Assembly (NCBI GenBank): GCA_030265395.1
Contig: JARFYF010000094.1
Span: 22,884,961-22,948,960 of the forward strand
Length of the DNA: 64,000 nucleotides
From: Rhina ancylostomus
Taxonomy: Eukaryota
Direction: 5' to 3'
The translations under genes were made by a program, and so were the position numbers. Shown one piece after another: positions 58,651 through 64,000 of the stretch (its first letter is position 1; every line of letters begins with the position of its first letter). The notes under the pieces were generated by a model. That model was not told the DNA's origin. It saw nothing but the letters and a program-made list of their open reading frames with translations, and searched no databases.

Positions 58651-59229
58651 GGTTTCTGCTCTTTGATTTCCTTAGCTCCACCCAGACAGATTTCACATCA
58701 GGATTTTCTGAGCCAAAGTCTATCTTTGCCATTGTATTGATTACCTTTTTCACTAACAACCACTTCACCTCCTCCCCCCTTTTTGCCTGCCCATCTTAAA
58801 TATTGAATAGCCTTGGATGCTCAGTTTTAATCCTTGGTCATTCTAGGATGAGAAGAAGACTATTTCCAGTGCCAAAGACTAGAAAACATGAAGGCAAGAA
58901 AGGATACGAGAAAGCTCATTCCTTGCAGAGCAAGTATTGTAATTTGAAATGCACTACATGGGAAAGTGTCGGAAGAGGACTCAATAGTGATTTTCAAGAG
59001 AAAAACATATTACCAATTGAAAGGAAATGGAGAAAGAGTATGGGAGTGGGCCCANNNNNNNNNNNNNNNNNNNNNNNNNNNNNNNNNNNNNNNNNNNNNN
59101 NNNNNNNNNNNNNNNNNNNNNNNNNNNNNNNNNNNNNNNNNNNNNNNNNNNNNNNNNNNNNNNNNNNNNNNNNNNNNNNNNNNNNNNNNNNNNNNNNNNN
59201 NNNNNNNNNNNNNNNNNNNNNNNNNNNNN

Positions 59230-59410
59230 ATTCTACCACTCACCAGCACTCTAGTGCCATTTCACAGAGGCCAATTAACCTATCAACCCATATGTCTTTG
59301 GAATATGGGAGAAAACTGGAGAATTTCATTAAAACTCATGCAGTCATGGAGAATGCACAAACTGTACACTGTGAGGCAGTGGTTTTACAAGTTACACCAC
59401 TATGCCACCC
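59230..59410 (-). mobile_element. V-SINE 5' part
   Basis: ggccaattaacctatcaacccatatgtctttggaatatgggagaaaactggag is the reverse complement of the V-core. Confidence 0.75.
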
Positions 59411-62077
59411 ACTGCATTGGGTATTCTTTCATTCTATGATGCTACAATCCATTTGCCACATAACTGTAATTTAAATTGTATTCTCAGATACTGAGTTACT
59501 TGTTACCAAGTTCAAATCCTTGGTGTGATTAATGAAAGCAAGTAGTCCCTGTATGGATGCCTGTGGGCCACTGCTACATTTCTTTCCATATACTGAATAA
59601 TCATCTTTTGCCCTGCACTCTGCTATCTATTTTTTAGTTTATTTGCTGTCAATGCAGCTTTTTGTCCCAGTCTCCACATGGCCTAATCTTAGCCCTGACC
59701 CGACACGTGGCACTAATTCAAGGATGATTGTTCCCACCCTCGCTTCCTTCAACATTTTGGGTTGCTTCTCATCTCAGTTTGGTGACTTTTTAAATTTTAG
59801 TCTAATTAATTTTTCAAAATGTCTCCATTTGAATATTTTTCTGCATTTATGTATCTGTCACTTCCTCCTGATTTTCACCTCCATCGGAGACACCTCCACA
59901 GTTGACTCTGGTCCATGTAAGAGCTGGCCCCTCTCATCTCAAACTGATCACAGCACTTCCTTAACTATCTTTCTATTGTCCCTTTATAAAGGCTCCATGT
60001 TAAAGCCAGTCTTCTTTCTGCTTTGGCTTCTCAACATTTCTTTTTGCTTCATTATTTTCCTCATAGTATTCTTCTATCAATATTTAACATATGCTTCTTT
60101 GTTAAATCTATCCATAAATCTAGTTCTCCTGTTTATCAGAGGAACAATAACCCCAATACAAGCACATTATTTCTATTTATCATGTATTTAACTTAATTAT
60201 CAACTATAAATGAGTATACTTTCTACTGCTAGTTCACTGTTTGATCACCAGTGTTATTCCTGAATTGATACGTTCATCTCACTTCAACTATCAAATTTCC
60301 AATTCTGCAATTTGTAGCACATAAGGTTATTCATGTCTGCTATACATCCCCAATCAGCTCATAGACAGAGCTGTTGATGTGTTGGGTCATTGCGATGCAG
60401 CATCCTCCATACAAGTCCTGGTGTAGAGGGGGTGGGGAAGAGATATGATCAGGAGTGGTTGGGGAAGGTGGCAGGGTAAGTTAATCAGAAGGGCTGTAGT
60501 TGACCAAGAGGGCATAGTTGACCAAGATGGAAGAAGAGGATCAGACAGATAAGAGTTGATTGGGAGAGAACCAAACAGGCAGCACTGGACTTAGGCAATG
60601 CTATCGAGCTATGAGAACTGGTGCCCCTCCCAGTTCCACATTCCAGGACCTATATTTTTTTAAAATACCTTATCTCTCTGGTTAGAACATAGAACAGTGC
60701 AACACTTCAGCCTCTGATGTCTGTACCAACCATGGTGCCAGCTTAAATTAATCCGATCTGCCTTTAGCACACCCAAAAAGGCCCACTTGAAGAGTTGCAA
60801 CTAGACTTAGCTACCCTGAATGTAACTGGCTGGCAATGACTACATTTAAGGAAAAAGGCTTCAATCAGACATTAGGATGTCACTTTGCACTGCAGAGGGA
60901 CTAAAATCTGTTTCAGGCACTGGCTCTTGATCCTGCATTTCAATCTTTGGCAGTATGGAACCTATACCTGTAAAATGGACCACCAGCACGTGTTTTAGAG
61001 TGGTAAACTGGGAACAGCATCAACTAATTTCCAGGCCATTTTATTTATTCAGCCAATGCTTTTCTACCTGTGGATCAAACCATGTCCCTTTTCATTGCCT
61101 GGAAATAAACCTACCATTGTTTCTTTCCGAATAGAAGTACAATATGTCAATTTAAAGGGACAGTTCTAGATGTACTATAAAGATCCTGTAATTCTCATTT
61201 TGATCAAAGTATCTGCCTATCAAATTTATCTTAATAGACTTCTGTTACAATACTACTGTAAACTTCTAGATAGTGCCTACAAATCTTAATGTATTCACTT
61301 TATTGTGGTTTATAACATTCTCCAAGTATGATAACCATATTCCTTATTAACTTTAATTCAACACAGATGTGCTTCATCAGAGTACCATCAGCAATAAAAA
61401 ACTCTTCTTCCTACAGCTGTGAGAACGTGCTTCTCCCCGTCTTCATTCACTGCCTCTACTAAATGGCAATCACGACTGCTGCACATTTATGACTATCTGC
61501 CCAACATCTCTCCTTCATCCTCTTCTGAGAAATTAGACTCATGAATCAATCATTTAATCTTTTTGGGAACATGTATTTCTGTCAGGGTTAGGCAGCAAGT
61601 GTAAAACCTGGAACTGAAGCAAGGCCAAAAGGAAATGTATTGTATAGCTGGCATGTGCCTGTTATTTCTATGCTGTTCTTATCTGCTAAGTTTTACGAAG
61701 TGCTACATCTTCCTTGAAAACACTGACTTTTAAAAACAAATTTCAAATGCAACATTAATCAGCTCCAGGGTAGGATGTAGGTCTCTGGAACGATCATATA
61801 TGAAACTCTGTTTGCTGATTCTAATGTCCTGATAGCCCAGGCAGATCACAAATTCCAATACATCATAAATTATTTTACACCTACTGTTATGTGCTTCAAG
61901 CACAGAAGAAGGCCAGAACAGAAGCAAAGTTTTCTTCAGTTCCTGGCTATCAACATTGTGCCAGCAGCTTCAAATAGCCCCACAGTTAAAAAAGGACTTG
62001 CAGTTAAACAAGCACTTTCCAAAACCTTTCGAGCACTTTTCAGCCAGTCACATACTTTTAAAATGTGACTACTGTTG

Positions 62078-62550
62078 TCCTCGTTGGATCTTTGAATCCT
62101 CGTTGTTCACAGGGATAGTACGGGAGGATTGGAGGGTGGCAAATGTTGTCCCCTTGTTCAAAAAAGGCAGTAGGGATAGTCTGGGGAATTACAGACCAGT
62201 GAGTCTCACGTCTGTGGTGGGTAAGCTGTTAGAGAGGATTCTGAGGGATAAGATCTATGAACACCTAGAGAGTCATGGACTGATTAGGGGCAGCCAGCAT
62301 GGCTTTGTGAAGGGAAGATCTTGCCTCACAAGNNNNNNNNNNNNNNNNNNNNNNNNNNNNNNNNNNNNNNNNNNNNNNNNNNNNNNNNNNNNNNNNNNNN
62401 NNNNNNNNNNNNNNNNNNNNNNNNNNNNNNNNTGGGATAGAGGGATATGCGGGAGGAAAGGGTTAGATAGCGTGAAGTGTGGTTTGATGGGTGGCACAAC
62501 AGGGTGGGCTGAAGGGCCTGTATTGTGCTGTATTGTTCTATGGTTCTAAT
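62078..62550 (+). mobile_element. Young CR1 LINE, mostly hidden in a gap
   Basis: Uninterrupted IFESSLFTGIVREDWRVANVVPLFKKGSRDSLGNYRPVSLTSVVGKLLERILRDKIYEHLESHGLIRGSQHGFVKGRSCLT; tail gggctgaagggcctgtattgtgctgtattgttctatggttcta after the gap. Confidence 0.93.
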
Positions 62551-63399
62551 ACAGGGAAACTAACATGTGAATTTGGGCAGGTGGATCCCATAAAAAAGAA
62601 CTGAAATAAATAATCATCAGAATTGCTGCTTTGGTGAGATTAGATAAAAGATTTGCACTAGCCAACATATCGATTGCAACAGCATAATATGTATCAACTA
62701 ACACATCAAGAAATGGCCATAAATAATGAAGGCATTGCAGAACACATCCTGTAGGCAGATGTTACAAGTTGGACAAAACGCTTTTTATACAGCATGGTGG
62801 TGACTCCAACTATCTCAATCAACAAAAGCACTGCAAAGATATTCTGAAGGTATCATGGAACCTTTGCAAAATACCAAAGGAGAATTGGGAGACAGCAGAT
62901 TAGTCAAGCTGGTAGAATCATTACTGATTTCAAAGGAAATCTGAAGAGACTTATCCAGCTTTCCCAGGACAACTCCATGTCCATGACTATTTATTGTTAA
63001 TTGCTTCAAACTGCTAGGAATTTGCACTATACCTATTCAAGCAATAATAAATAGTATGAGAAATTTGTGCAAAAAACTGCACAAATAATCACCCACATAT
63101 ATGCTTCCCACCACAGTGACAGTGCCTGACTAGAAGCCTGAGAATAAAATTCAAGACACCAAATAAATGGAGCAAAAACATCCAGACTTGATTAAGGCCA
63201 GATCACTGTGCTTCCTCATTCATCATGGCACTGATGTGGCTTTCCAAAAATTTGCTTATAGTCACATTCAGATAAGCAAATGTGGAGGGCGACCATCTGT
63301 AAGGAATAGAATTTTAGCTTACAAGCAGCAAACGAAGAAAATTCAGACTGAAAGTGCCACAACAAAAAACATTATGGTTACAGGGGGTAAAGAGAACTG

Positions 63400-63820
63400 G
63401 AACAGTCAATCAGCTTCAATGGGCAGGCTGCATTGTTCACAGGCCTGACAGCAGACTCCCGAAACAGACACTCTATTCTGAGTTCTGACACCGCAGGAGG
63501 TTACCACATGGACAGAGGAAAAGATTCATGGATATTCCCAAAGATGCCTTGAGAAGGTGTAACATCCCCATCAACATGTAGAAATCCCTGGTCCATGGAA
63601 TGGGGAAAGAGCTGTTAGGATGACATTAAGAACCTTCTGTCCTTTGTTGGGAGAATGCAGAAATTCAGCATAAAGGGTGGAAAGAGAGCACTACCTCCTT
63701 ACCTACCTGCCCACTCACCCCACGATGCACCTCCTGCCCCACTTGTGGCAGTCTGCATCCACCTCTTAGCCACAGAACTGGGGATGAAACAAGTTGTTCT
63801 TGATCCCAAGGGACTGCATC
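63400..63820 (+). mobile_element. RTE/BovB-like LINE C-terminal fragment
   Basis: RLPKQTLYSEF*HRRRLPHGQRKRFMDIPKDALRRCNI matches the RTE LPKQLLYGELxxGxRxxGGQKKRxKD motif; followed by SCPTCG. Confidence 0.75.
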
Positions 63821-64000
63821 AGAAGAAAATATCACTGAGAGGTGGAATAGGTCTGAAGGGCTAACATGCCATTTCTTGCTTTCTCTTTCCTGCACCATTG
63901 CAAAGCATTTGCACTGTTCACAAACCACACCCACCCCACCACCCACGCTCCTTTTGACACAAACTTTCTGCATGACTGGCAACCTCCTTCCATTGGCTGT

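Noticed and set aside
59643-60191. 182-aa hydrophobic ORF
   Set aside because: TTG start, low-complexity T-rich composition and no recognisable domain; it lies among decayed LINE sequence.

Overview
Vertebrate genomic DNA from a draft scaffold with many N gaps; the repeat content (V-SINE/HE1-like, DeuSINE-like, CR1, RTE) points to a shark or ray. The window holds one complete protein-coding gene, wnt5a, on the minus strand. Its five coding exons are 50695-50690, 41390-41260, 39901-39654, 36203-35911 and 20474-20016 (1137 nt, 378 aa + TAA, all introns GT-AG and in phase). The 6-nt first exon and the exon-2 signal peptide are not visible in the ORF track. Two CpG-rich, nearly repeat-free domains (about 40.5-54.2 kb and 15.9-21.3 kb) sit in an AT-rich, CpG-poor, retroposon-littered background. 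The most unusual structure is a ~420-bp, ~90% identical inverted duplication in intron 4 (20622-21040 vs 25613-26031), about 150 nt from the last splice acceptor, with one-sided CpG decay. Other points of interest are a sharp GC3 jump in the last exon, uORFs in the probable 5' UTR, and a decayed palindrome just upstream of exon 2. I found no second gene, RNA gene or CRISPR-like array, and no evidence for a new multi-component system. The novelty candidates are cis-structural hypotheses. All counts are by hand, and comparisons with human WNT5A are from memory and need alignment.
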